Shown here piece by piece: positions 28,622 to 37,132 of a DNA stretch of 64,000 nt. The stretch spans positions 8,516 through 72,515 of the forward strand of contig JAZDGF010000003.1 in the NCBI GenBank assembly GCA_043807135.1. Reading direction: 5' to 3'. Origin of the DNA: Candidatus Levyibacteriota bacterium. Its GTDB lineage: Bacteria > Patescibacteriota > Microgenomatia > Levybacterales > UBA12049. The notes below the pieces were generated by a model, which saw nothing but the letters and a program-made list of their open reading frames with translations, did not search any database and had not been told where the DNA came from. The position numbers and the translations under genes were made by a program. How positions within the stretch are numbered: position 1 is the first letter of the stretch; every line of letters begins with the position of its first letter.

Positions 28622-29037
28622 AAACTATCACAAATATTGTTACACATGCTTTTTGCTTGACTGCTTGGATATTTCTCTAAATCTTTTAGATCATTTATCA
28701 CTTTTTGTACTTGAGGCGAAGAAGAAGCAATTTCAATAACATCAATCTTTAAGGCTTCTTTCTTAATTGATTCTACTTTTTCTTGAACTGCTTTTTTAAT
28801 ATCCGGAATTTCTTCAGGAGTACTTATTCCTTCTACCTGTTTAATAGATGACTTAGGAAACGATTCAGTTCTAGAAAAATCATTTTCTGAAAATACATAA
28901 TATTTTAAAAATAGAACTAAGGCAATTACCCCTATTAAGACAAGAGCCGTGGTAAATATCTTTTTAATATCCCACTGCTTATCTATTTTTGCTTCTTTCA
29001 CTAAGCTAATTCTATGCAATAGTAAATACTTTTGCAA
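28618..29037 (-). CDS. Hypothetical single-pass membrane protein
   Basis: 139 aa. TM helix TTALVLIGVIALVLFL, coiled-coil-like C-terminus. Overlaps the Nramp start by 4 nt. Confidence 0.35.
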   Translation of the reverse strand: MQKYLLLHRISLVKEAKIDKQWDIKKIFTTALVLIGVIALVLFLKYYVFSENDFSRTESFPKSSIKQVEGISTPEEIPDIKKAVQEKVESIKKEALKIDVIEIASSSPQVQKVINDLKDLEKYPSSQAKSMCNNICDSL

Positions 29038-29063
29038 ACCTGTTTATTAAGTTTATCTTAAAT

Positions 29064-29888
29064 TTGTTTCCATGCTTTTTTCTTAATACTTTATGCTTTA
29101 TACTTAATATTGTGAATTTATTAAATTCAATTATTCTATCTATTGTCGAAGGTATAACGGAATTTTTACCTATTTCTTCAACCGGACATTTAATTCTAAC
29201 ATCAAATATTTTAAACGTTGCTCAAACAGACTATGTAAAGGATTTTGAAATTATAATTCAGCTAGGAGCAATTTTTGCAGTTTTTTTTCTTTACTGGAAA
29301 AAGCTTATTGCTAGCAGGGAAATTTGGAAAAAAATATTAATTGCGTTTTTACCAACTGCTATTGTTGGACTCACACTTTACAAATTCATTAAATACTTTT
29401 TACTTGGAAATACAAATATTACTCTTCTTGCACTTTTTTTGGGCGGAATTATTTTAATAATTCTTGAGCTTTTATACAAAGAAAAAGAACATCACATAGA
29501 TAAAATTGAAAGTCTAAGTTTTAAAAATGCATTTCTAATTGGCGTCTTTCAATCTCTTGCAATAATTCCGGGAGTTTCAAGATCTGCAGCAACAATCATC
29601 GGTGGATTATTTTTGGGAACAAAAAGAAAAACAGCTGTAGAATTTTCTTTTCTTTTAGCAATTCCAACTATGTTTGCAGCAAGCACTCTTGATATTCTAA
29701 AAAGCAACTTTTTTTCTTATACATCTGATCAATATTCTTTTCTTACTGTTGGATTTATAGGATCATTTATTGTTGCCATTTTTGCAATTAAATTTCTCCT
29801 TAATTTTATAAAAAAACATACTTTTATTCCGTTTGGAATTTATAGAATCATTGTTTCAATTCTCTTTTGGCTTTTAATAGTTAAGTAA
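29064..29888 (+). CDS. uppP: Undecaprenyl-diphosphatase (BacA/UppP)
   Basis: ILSIVEGITEFLPISSTGHLIL and the PGVSRSAATIIGG motif. Confidence 0.85.
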   Translation: MFPCFFLNTLCFILNIVNLLNSIILSIVEGITEFLPISSTGHLILTSNILNVAQTDYVKDFEIIIQLGAIFAVFFLYWKKLIASREIWKKILIAFLPTAIVGLTLYKFIKYFLLGNTNITLLALFLGGIILIILELLYKEKEHHIDKIESLSFKNAFLIGVFQSLAIIPGVSRSAATIIGGLFLGTKRKTAVEFSFLLAIPTMFAASTLDILKSNFFSYTSDQYSFLTVGFIGSFIVAIFAIKFLLNFIKKHTFIPFGIYRIIVSILFWLLIVK

Positions 29889-29906
29889 TTAATGTAAGAT
29901 AACAAC

Positions 29907-30269
29907 ATGAACTTAAAAAATTTACAAGAAAAGGTTAAACTTTTAGATAGTAAAACAAAAGTTGAATATAAAGTTGAATCTCCCAAAGAAAGAGAAATTC
30001 TTGCCAAAACAGTAAAGTTAAATGAAGAAGTTGGAGAACTTTGTAATGATATTTTAGGAATTTTAAAACTTCAGAGAAAATCAAAGCTTGAAAAATTTGA
30101 TAAAAGAAATATTTATCAGGAATTTGCTGATGTAATTATTACTACAATCCAACTTGCACAAACTGCTGGAGTAGATATCGAAAGAGCAATCTCCGATAAG
30201 ATGAAAACAATTGAGGTAAGGCTTAAAAAAGAGGAGAAGAAACATGTTCACATTTCAAAAGATATATAA
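29907..30269 (+). CDS. MazG-like nucleotide pyrophosphohydrolase domain protein
   Basis: 120 aa all-alpha. LNEEVGELCND...EFADVIITTIQLA resembles the MazG/NTP-PPase EExxE...D pattern. Confidence 0.45.
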   Translation: MNLKNLQEKVKLLDSKTKVEYKVESPKEREILAKTVKLNEEVGELCNDILGILKLQRKSKLEKFDKRNIYQEFADVIITTIQLAQTAGVDIERAISDKMKTIEVRLKKEEKKHVHISKDI

Positions 30270-30322
30270 TATCGTTTCTAAAATTCTAAGAGGGAAAATT
30301 GTAATTTATAAAGAATAGTAGC

Positions 30323-33022
30323 TTAGGAAGTTTGTGGATAATGACACTTCTTATATTTTTTCTCACTTCCACACCAACACGGATCATTTCTTCCTAGTTT
30401 TTTCTTTTTAGGGCTATCTGTATTTACTTGCGTATTGTTTGAATTTGAGGTTGAAACAGTAGCAGTATCAGAGCCCGCTGCTTGGGTTGTAACATGCTTA
30501 TGCTGCTGTTGCGCTTCAGGAGGTTGCTGAACTTGAACTCTGTAAACCCTATGTACGACTTCATCGTCAATTCCTGCTAAAAGCTGCTCAAACATCTTAA
30601 AGCCTTCATTTTTATATTCAACCAAAGGATCTTTTTGCCCATACCCTCTTAACCCAATTCCCTGCCTTAAGTTCTCAATTGCGTCTAAGTGATCCATCCA
30701 TAAATTGTCTACGACTGAAAGCATTACAAATTTTTCTACTTCATGTATTAAAGCCTCTCCCATTTGCTTTTCTCGTTTTTCGTATACATCCTCTGCTATC
30801 TTTATTAACAAATCTGATTTTTCTTGATTTGAAGGGAGTTGTTCAAGTTGAGTTTCAATTTGTTTTAAAGAACTTTCGTCAAAAGGAATTATTGTTGCAA
30901 ACTTCTCAATAATTTGTTCATTTACAGATTTTTTAGAATCAATACTGACAGCACTTATTTCAACGGCGTTAATAATTGCTGCTGAGACTATCTCTTTAAT
31001 TTCTTCTCTTAACCCTTTTTCATCCGCTCCTTCAAGCACTTTTCTTCTTCTTTGATAAATTATTTCTCTTTGTTTATTTAATACATCATCATATTCAACT
31101 AAATGTTTTCTAATATCAAAATTGTGCCCTTCTACTTTTGTCTGAGCTTGCTCAATCGCGCGAGATACCAACGGATTTTGCAAAGGGACATCTTCAGGCA
31201 TCTTAAATTTAGTCATAATATTTGAAATTGAGTCTCCTCCAAAAAGGCGCATTATTTCATCATCAAGGCCTACGAAAAATTGAGATGCTCCAGGATCACC
31301 CTGTCTCCCAGATCTTCCTCTAAGCTGATTATCAATTCTTCTTGATTCATGCCTCTCCGTTCCAATTACAATAAGACCGCCCCGATCAAGAACTTCTTGG
31401 TGCTTTTTCTCCCAAAGCTCCCATTCTTTTGTTCCTTTTTTATCCCGTCCGTCTTCATGTTTAGGAGTATCTCCTCCTAAAATAATGTCTACTCCTCTTC
31501 CTGCCATGTTTGTTGCAACTGTAATTGCTCCTTTTTCCCCTGCCTTTGCAATAATTTCTGCCTCTCTTTCGTGGTTTTTAGCATTTAACACTTCGTGCTT
31601 TACTCCACGTCTTCTTAGAGCTTGTGCAATAAATTCGTTTTTCTCAATAGAAGTTGTTCCTATTAAAACAGGCTGTCCTTTTTTATAAGCTTCTTCAATT
31701 AAATTAGCAACTGCTGAAATTTTTGCTCTTGAAGTTTTATAAATTACATCTGCTCTATCTTTTCTTATCATTTGTCTGTGAGTCGGAATTTCTACTACCT
31801 CTAATTTATAAATCTTGTTAAATTCTTCAGCTTCAGTAATTGCCGTTCCAGTCATGCCTGCTAATTTTTCGTACATTCTAAAGTAATTCTGAAGAGAAAC
31901 TGTTGCCAGGGTTTTTGATTCACGTTGAATCGTTACCCCTTCTTTTGCCTCAATTGCCTGGTGAAGTCCTTCGGAAAGTCTTCTTCCAGTCATAAGTCTT
32001 CCTGTAAACTCATCTACTAATATTACTTCGCCGTCTTTTACAATATAGTCTTTTTCTTTATGAAACAGGGTTCTTGCTTTTAAAGCTGCTTCCAAATGAT
32101 AAACAGTGTCAAAATCTTTCTCATAAATGTCTGAAATTCCAAACATTTTTTCTATCTTAATTATTCCATGATCTGTTAAGTGAGCTGTTCTTAATTTTTC
32201 ATCAATTTTGTAGTCAATCTCCGAATTTAATTTATCAACAATTTTTGCGTATTCATAATATTTTTGAGCAGGTGCTTCATCAGGAGCTGAAATAATATGA
32301 GGAGTTCTTGCCTCATCAATTAATACGGAGTCCACTTCATCTACAACTGCAAAATAGTAACCTCTTTGAACAACTTGTGATAAATCATTTGCCATATTGT
32401 CTCTTAAATAATCAAAGCCGAATTCCGAGTTTATTCCGTAAACAATGTCTACCTCATAAGCTTCCTTTCTAGTTATTGGCCGAAGATGTAAAAGTCTATG
32501 GTCATTAGCTGATTTATTTGTAAACTCTGGATCAAAGATAAAAGACTGTTCGCTGATAATTGAGGCAATCTTAAGACCCAGGAAATCAAAAATAGGACCC
32601 ATCCAGCCGCAGTCTCTTCTGGCAAGATAATCATTAACAGTAACTAAATGAACACTTTTCCCTGTAAGCGTATGTAGATAAAGCGCAAGGACTGCAGAGA
32701 GCGTTTTTCCTTCTCCTGTTTTTTGCTCAGCAATTTTACCTCTAGCAAGAACAATTCCTGCCATAATCTGAACATCATAATGTCTTTGTCCAATAGTCCT
32801 TTTTGCTGCCTCACGAGCTAAAGCAAACGCTTCGGGCAAAACCTGCTCAATATGTTCTCCGTCTGCAAGCCTTTTTCTAAACTCTTCTGTTTTTTTTGGA
32901 AAAGCAGCATCTTTTATTTTTTTAGTTTCTTCTTCTAAGGAATTTATTTCATCAATCAGAGGTTTAAGCTTTTTAACTTCTCTTTCGTTAGAATCAAAAA
33001 ATTTTGTTAGTGATTTAAACAT
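30323..33022 (-). CDS. secA: Preprotein translocase ATPase SecA
   Basis: 899 aa. DEAD motor motifs (MAGIVLARGKIAEQKTGEGKTL, VDEVDSVLIDEARTP). C-terminal zinc-finger tail CWCGSEKKYKKCH. Confidence 0.9.
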   Translation of the reverse strand: MFKSLTKFFDSNEREVKKLKPLIDEINSLEEETKKIKDAAFPKKTEEFRKRLADGEHIEQVLPEAFALAREAAKRTIGQRHYDVQIMAGIVLARGKIAEQKTGEGKTLSAVLALYLHTLTGKSVHLVTVNDYLARRDCGWMGPIFDFLGLKIASIISEQSFIFDPEFTNKSANDHRLLHLRPITRKEAYEVDIVYGINSEFGFDYLRDNMANDLSQVVQRGYYFAVVDEVDSVLIDEARTPHIISAPDEAPAQKYYEYAKIVDKLNSEIDYKIDEKLRTAHLTDHGIIKIEKMFGISDIYEKDFDTVYHLEAALKARTLFHKEKDYIVKDGEVILVDEFTGRLMTGRRLSEGLHQAIEAKEGVTIQRESKTLATVSLQNYFRMYEKLAGMTGTAITEAEEFNKIYKLEVVEIPTHRQMIRKDRADVIYKTSRAKISAVANLIEEAYKKGQPVLIGTTSIEKNEFIAQALRRRGVKHEVLNAKNHEREAEIIAKAGEKGAITVATNMAGRGVDIILGGDTPKHEDGRDKKGTKEWELWEKKHQEVLDRGGLIVIGTERHESRRIDNQLRGRSGRQGDPGASQFFVGLDDEIMRLFGGDSISNIMTKFKMPEDVPLQNPLVSRAIEQAQTKVEGHNFDIRKHLVEYDDVLNKQREIIYQRRRKVLEGADEKGLREEIKEIVSAAIINAVEISAVSIDSKKSVNEQIIEKFATIIPFDESSLKQIETQLEQLPSNQEKSDLLIKIAEDVYEKREKQMGEALIHEVEKFVMLSVVDNLWMDHLDAIENLRQGIGLRGYGQKDPLVEYKNEGFKMFEQLLAGIDDEVVHRVYRVQVQQPPEAQQQHKHVTTQAAGSDTATVSTSNSNNTQVNTDSPKKKKLGRNDPCWCGSEKKYKKCHYPQTS

Positions 33023-33154
33023 AAATATCAGTCTTTAGGAACCAATTATTATATTTTACCACATTTTATGAGGCTGAGTTTGACACCTTTTACTCTATAC
33101 AGCTAAATTATATTCACGAGTTATTTTAAGAATAACCATAATTGTTTTTTATAG

Positions 33155-33194
33155 AAAAACCCCGCTTATTTTTTTTATATATAAAGCGGGGTTT
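33155..33194 (-). terminator. GC-rich hairpin plus T-run (Rho-independent terminator or attenuator) in the serS-secA spacer
   Basis: Minus-strand RNA: AAACCCCGCTTT-(15-nt AT loop)-AAGCGGGGTTTTT. 11-bp stem followed by U5. Confidence 0.6.
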
Positions 33195-33237
33195 ATACCA
33201 ATTGATCAATTGGTAATCTCCAAATTAATTACCAATC

Positions 33238-33267
33238 CTATTTCTTCTTCTTCTTTTTCTTTGGCAT
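33238..33267 (-). CDS. Mini-ORF MPKKKKKKK with a consensus Shine-Dalgarno; candidate leader peptide
   Basis: Minus strand AAAGGAGGTGATTGTTTC ATG CCA AAG AAA AAG AAG AAG AAG AAA TAG. Perfect SD 8 nt upstream. Below the ORF-track length cutoff. Confidence 0.35.
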   Translation of the reverse strand: MPKKKKKKK

Positions 33268-33475
33268 GAAACAATCACCTCCTTTTTGGCTCACTTCCAT
33301 CTGTAATTTACGGGGATGGGCAGTGATAATTTTATATTGAGATATTTCCTCTGGTTTGTCAATATTTTTATCCTGCTTCGAAACATCAAGTTTAGATTGA
33401 AATAACGCCAAAAATCAGCTAAAAATGCTTATTTTAAAAGAAAAGATAATTATTATTTTTAAAAATAGACTGAGG

Positions 33476-34708
33476 TTATTTTTTAGGAGTGATTTTGTCT
33501 TTTCCTACCCATTTTCTTAAAACTTCTGGAATAATTATTGATCCATCTTTTGTCTGATAATTTTCTAAGATTGCAATAATTGGTCTTGTTGAAAAAGCCG
33601 TTCCGTTTAGAATGCTTACAAATTTTATATTTTGTCCATCGCGATATTTAATTCCCAACCTCCTTGATTGAAAATCAGTTGTTGTAGAAGTTGATGTTAG
33701 TTCTCTATATTTATTCTGAGTAGGAATCCAAGCTTCAAGGTCATATTTTCTTGCAGCAGGAAAACCTAAATCACCGGTACACATCTTTACAACTTGATAA
33801 GGAATATCAAGTAATTTAAGAAATTTTTCCTCAAGTGAAAGAAAATATTCATGTTCTTTATCATCCTCGCCATTTTTTACAAAAGAAACCATTTCTATTT
33901 TATCGAATTGATGCGCTCTTAAAATTCCTTTTGTATCTTTTCCGTAAGAACCTGCTTCTCTTCTAAAACAAGAGGAAAATCCAACATATCTTTTAGGTAA
34001 ATCTTTTGCGTCTAAAATTTCATTTCCATGCATTGCAACAATTGACTGCTCGGAAGTCCCAACCAAAACAAGATTGTCTTTTTCAAAGATATACATATCT
34101 TCATCTCCACCGTTTTCCATATATCCAAGCCCTCTCATAATTTCCGTTTTCATTAAAACAGGTGGAAGAACCGGAATAAAATCTTCCTTGATTAAAGTTT
34201 CAAATGCAAGTTGTTTTAAGGCAAATTCAAGTAGTACAGCTTCGTTTTTTAGAAAATAAAAGCGCGATCCAGATATTTTTGATGATCTTTCAACATCAAT
34301 AATATCCAAGGCTTCTCCTAATTCAAGATGGTCTTTTGGAGTAAAGCTAAATTTTTTAGGTTTTCCAACTTTTCTAACAAGCTCGTTTTCCGTATCATTT
34401 TTTCCAACCTTTACATCTTTTTTTGCAGGATTTGGAATTGTTAAAAGAAGTGTGTTTAATTCTTTATTTAATTTTTCTAAATTCTTCTCAAATTTTTCAA
34501 GCTCATTCTTAATTCTTTTTCCTTCTTCAATATTTCTTTCTTTTGCCGCTTTATTTCTTTGTGCTCTTAGTTCTTGCACTTTTGTATTTAAAGCTTTTTG
34601 TTCGGTGTCAATTTTAAGAATTTTATCTAAATCTATCTCAGCTCCTTTATCTCTTGCTGCTTTTTCAACTAATTTTGAATTTTCTCTAATGAATTTAATA
34701 TCAAGCAT
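33476..34708 (-). CDS. serS: Seryl-tRNA synthetase
   Basis: N-terminal coiled-coil arm. Class II motifs FRREAGSYGKDTKGILRAHQFDKIE and GTAFSTRPIIAILENYQ. Confidence 0.9.
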   Translation of the reverse strand: MLDIKFIRENSKLVEKAARDKGAEIDLDKILKIDTEQKALNTKVQELRAQRNKAAKERNIEEGKRIKNELEKFEKNLEKLNKELNTLLLTIPNPAKKDVKVGKNDTENELVRKVGKPKKFSFTPKDHLELGEALDIIDVERSSKISGSRFYFLKNEAVLLEFALKQLAFETLIKEDFIPVLPPVLMKTEIMRGLGYMENGGDEDMYIFEKDNLVLVGTSEQSIVAMHGNEILDAKDLPKRYVGFSSCFRREAGSYGKDTKGILRAHQFDKIEMVSFVKNGEDDKEHEYFLSLEEKFLKLLDIPYQVVKMCTGDLGFPAARKYDLEAWIPTQNKYRELTSTSTTTDFQSRRLGIKYRDGQNIKFVSILNGTAFSTRPIIAILENYQTKDGSIIIPEVLRKWVGKDKITPKK

Positions 34709-35303
34709 AAATTTCCTTTTTTATAATCACTTTTAATTTTTGAATTGCTTTATACCTGTGATTATACACTCGAAGCTCATCATCGGTCAATTCATCTTCG
34801 TTATAATATTTCCCACTCTCTGGTAGATAGAAAAACGAACGATACGGATATCCTTTTACTCTTTTTATATAAGGATTTTTTATAATAAGCCCTCTTATTT
34901 GATCTTCAGTGCTAAAAACTTTTCCATTTGGGAAAGCCAAAGAAAGAACAACTTTAAAAATAGCGCCTCTATTATCTTCAGGTATTTCTTTTGCAATTTT
35001 TCCCAACTTTTTTATAATTTCACTTTCATTTTTCGCCCAATGCTTACTATTTATCCCCGGTTTTCCTTTAAGAGCATCTATTTCTATTCCTCCGTCATCT
35101 GCAAGAGTCGGAAGATTTGTTAATTTTGCAAAGTATAAAGCTTTTTTTTGAGAGTTTTCTTTATAAGTTTTTCCATCTTCTTCTACGTCTTGGTTGAAAT
35201 TTAAATCTTTAAGAGAAATTATTTTTAAATCTAACTTTTTTAAAAACTTTTTAATTTCATTTAATTTCCCTTCATTTCCTGTTGCAATAAGAAGCTTTTT
35301 CAT
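34701..35303 (-). CDS. rdgB: Non-canonical purine NTP pyrophosphatase (RdgB/Ham1 family)
   Basis: LLIATGNEGKLNEIKKFL (Ham1 N-terminal motif), GKPGINSKHWA. Overlaps the serS start by 8 nt. Confidence 0.7.
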   Translation of the reverse strand: MKKLLIATGNEGKLNEIKKFLKKLDLKIISLKDLNFNQDVEEDGKTYKENSQKKALYFAKLTNLPTLADDGGIEIDALKGKPGINSKHWAKNESEIIKKLGKIAKEIPEDNRGAIFKVVLSLAFPNGKVFSTEDQIRGLIIKNPYIKRVKGYPYRSFFYLPESGKYYNEDELTDDELRVYNHRYKAIQKLKVIIKKEIYA

Positions 35304-35363
35304 ATTAAGAGCATAGCATAAAAGTTATTGCAATTTTTATTTTTTGTGCGATAATAATGCTCA

Positions 35364-35573
35364 ATGATAGAAAATCCTAGTTTTCGAGTCGGAAAATTAG
35401 AAGATTTAAATATTAAACAAGCACTTGTATTAACAACGCTTGAGAATAATACTGGATTAAATCTTAAGGTTGCTATTGCAGAATGTTTAAAACATTCTGG
35501 AAAGACAGGAGGAATTTTTGAAGCAGGTGTTAAAAGCGCAAATATTGGAGGCTCTAGTATTTTACAGGATTAA
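35364..35573 (+). CDS. Small hypothetical ORF (69 aa), possibly leaderless; weak
   Basis: Preceded by TTGCAA (35328-35333), a 16-nt spacer and TGcGATAAT (35347-35355), but no SD. The 3' end overlaps lysK antisense by 20 nt. Lacks a recognisable domain. Confidence 0.25.
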   Translation: MIENPSFRVGKLEDLNIKQALVLTTLENNTGLNLKVAIAECLKHSGKTGGIFEAGVKSANIGGSSILQD

Positions 35574-37107
35574 GCAATTTAAATCTCTTTACAACAAACT
35601 CTCTCTTCAGAGATAATATTAACCAGCTTGCCTTTGGTCCATGATTTTTATCTAAAAGAACTGTATAGATTGCCGAAAATGCTTCTTTAGAAGAAATTTC
35701 CAGTTCTTTTCCCCATTCATAAAGCATTTTTTGGAATTCTTCAGGATCCCAGTCTTTATTTAACTCTAATATTATTTTTTTCAAAAACTCTTTTTGTTTT
35801 GTACTTAATTTTTTAGCACTTTCAGGAAGCTGTTTGCAAATTGTAAATCTTACAGACTCCGATGCATATTTATCTAACCAGTTTTGTGCATACTTTACCC
35901 ATTCTTCCAAACCTTCTTTCTTAATTGTCTCTTCCATATTAGGCATTTGTACCCATTGAGCAAGTGTTGTAAATCTAACTTTAGGAGGAATTTTTACTTC
36001 TTTTATTTGAGACATTTCAAATATTCTTGATAAATCATCTTCTTTTTTATTAGAATATGCATCTGCTGCTTTTTGGTACTCGTCAAACAAAGTCGGAATT
36101 GTATCCTTTTCTAAAGGATCAAAGTTTATTTGCTGATTAACTTTTATTTTAGCCATTAAAAATCTCACAAGCTCCGGAGGAATAATCTCTAAGATGTCTT
36201 TTGCGCTTATTCCCACACCTTTTGATGAAGACATTTTTCTTCCACCAATCAAAAGCCATTCATAGGCTATTGGATAAGGAACAGGGTAGTTTATTACTCT
36301 TTTACAAATAAGCTTTGCAAGGTCATGAGAGCCTCCCGAAGACATATGATCTTTTCCTGCTCCTTCAACTGTTATACCAACTGCTTTCCATTTTGCAGGC
36401 CACTCAACTTTCCAAGAAAGTTTTCCTACCATTTCTTTTTCCGTACTAAAGGGAGATGCTTTCCCTTTTTTTCCACAACCCTTAGTCCATTTAACTTTAT
36501 CAACTACACATTCATATGAAACTTCTTTTCCATCCCAGTCTGTTACAGAAACAGTAGAGATTTTTCCGCAAGACGGACAATACAACTGAAACGGATACCA
36601 ATTATCAGGCAATTCCTTTTTATACATTTCTTTGTAAATTTGCCTAACCTTATCTGTTTTGTCTAAAACCTCTTTTATAACAGGATTCATTTTCCCGCTT
36701 GTGTATAAATCTTTTGTCCAAAGAATTTTTGGATTGCAACCTATTTTATTAAATGCTTCCTGAAATTCCAGAGCAAAATATTTTGCATAGTTTTCAAAAC
36801 CTTCAACAGGAGATGGAATTTTAAATAAGGGCATTCCTAAATACTTTTCATATTTTTCCCTAGAAAGATATGAGGGAATATCATCCATTGGATCGTGATC
36901 TTCAAAAATATAGGTAAATTCAACATTTACTCCTTTTTCTTTTAAAATTTTATATACAAGATCGTGAACAACAACGCCTCGCAAAGCACCAACATGAATT
37001 CTTCCGGACGGGGTTTTCATATCATCAACCCAATATGGTTTATATTTTCCTGATTTTATGATTTCGTCTGCAACTCTATCTGCCCAAAACATAAGCATAT
37101 TATACAA
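35554..37107 (-). CDS. lysK: Class I (archaeal-type) lysyl-tRNA synthetase
   Basis: HIGH-equivalent GRIHVGALRG, KMSKS-equivalent KMSSSKG. The CPSCG...C...C zinc-knuckle region and length (517 aa) are typical of class I LysRS. Confidence 0.75.
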   Translation of the reverse strand: MYNMLMFWADRVADEIIKSGKYKPYWVDDMKTPSGRIHVGALRGVVVHDLVYKILKEKGVNVEFTYIFEDHDPMDDIPSYLSREKYEKYLGMPLFKIPSPVEGFENYAKYFALEFQEAFNKIGCNPKILWTKDLYTSGKMNPVIKEVLDKTDKVRQIYKEMYKKELPDNWYPFQLYCPSCGKISTVSVTDWDGKEVSYECVVDKVKWTKGCGKKGKASPFSTEKEMVGKLSWKVEWPAKWKAVGITVEGAGKDHMSSGGSHDLAKLICKRVINYPVPYPIAYEWLLIGGRKMSSSKGVGISAKDILEIIPPELVRFLMAKIKVNQQINFDPLEKDTIPTLFDEYQKAADAYSNKKEDDLSRIFEMSQIKEVKIPPKVRFTTLAQWVQMPNMEETIKKEGLEEWVKYAQNWLDKYASESVRFTICKQLPESAKKLSTKQKEFLKKIILELNKDWDPEEFQKMLYEWGKELEISSKEAFSAIYTVLLDKNHGPKASWLILSLKREFVVKRFKLLNPVKY

Positions 37108-37132
37108 GATTTAAAGGTAAAATTGCAGTTAA

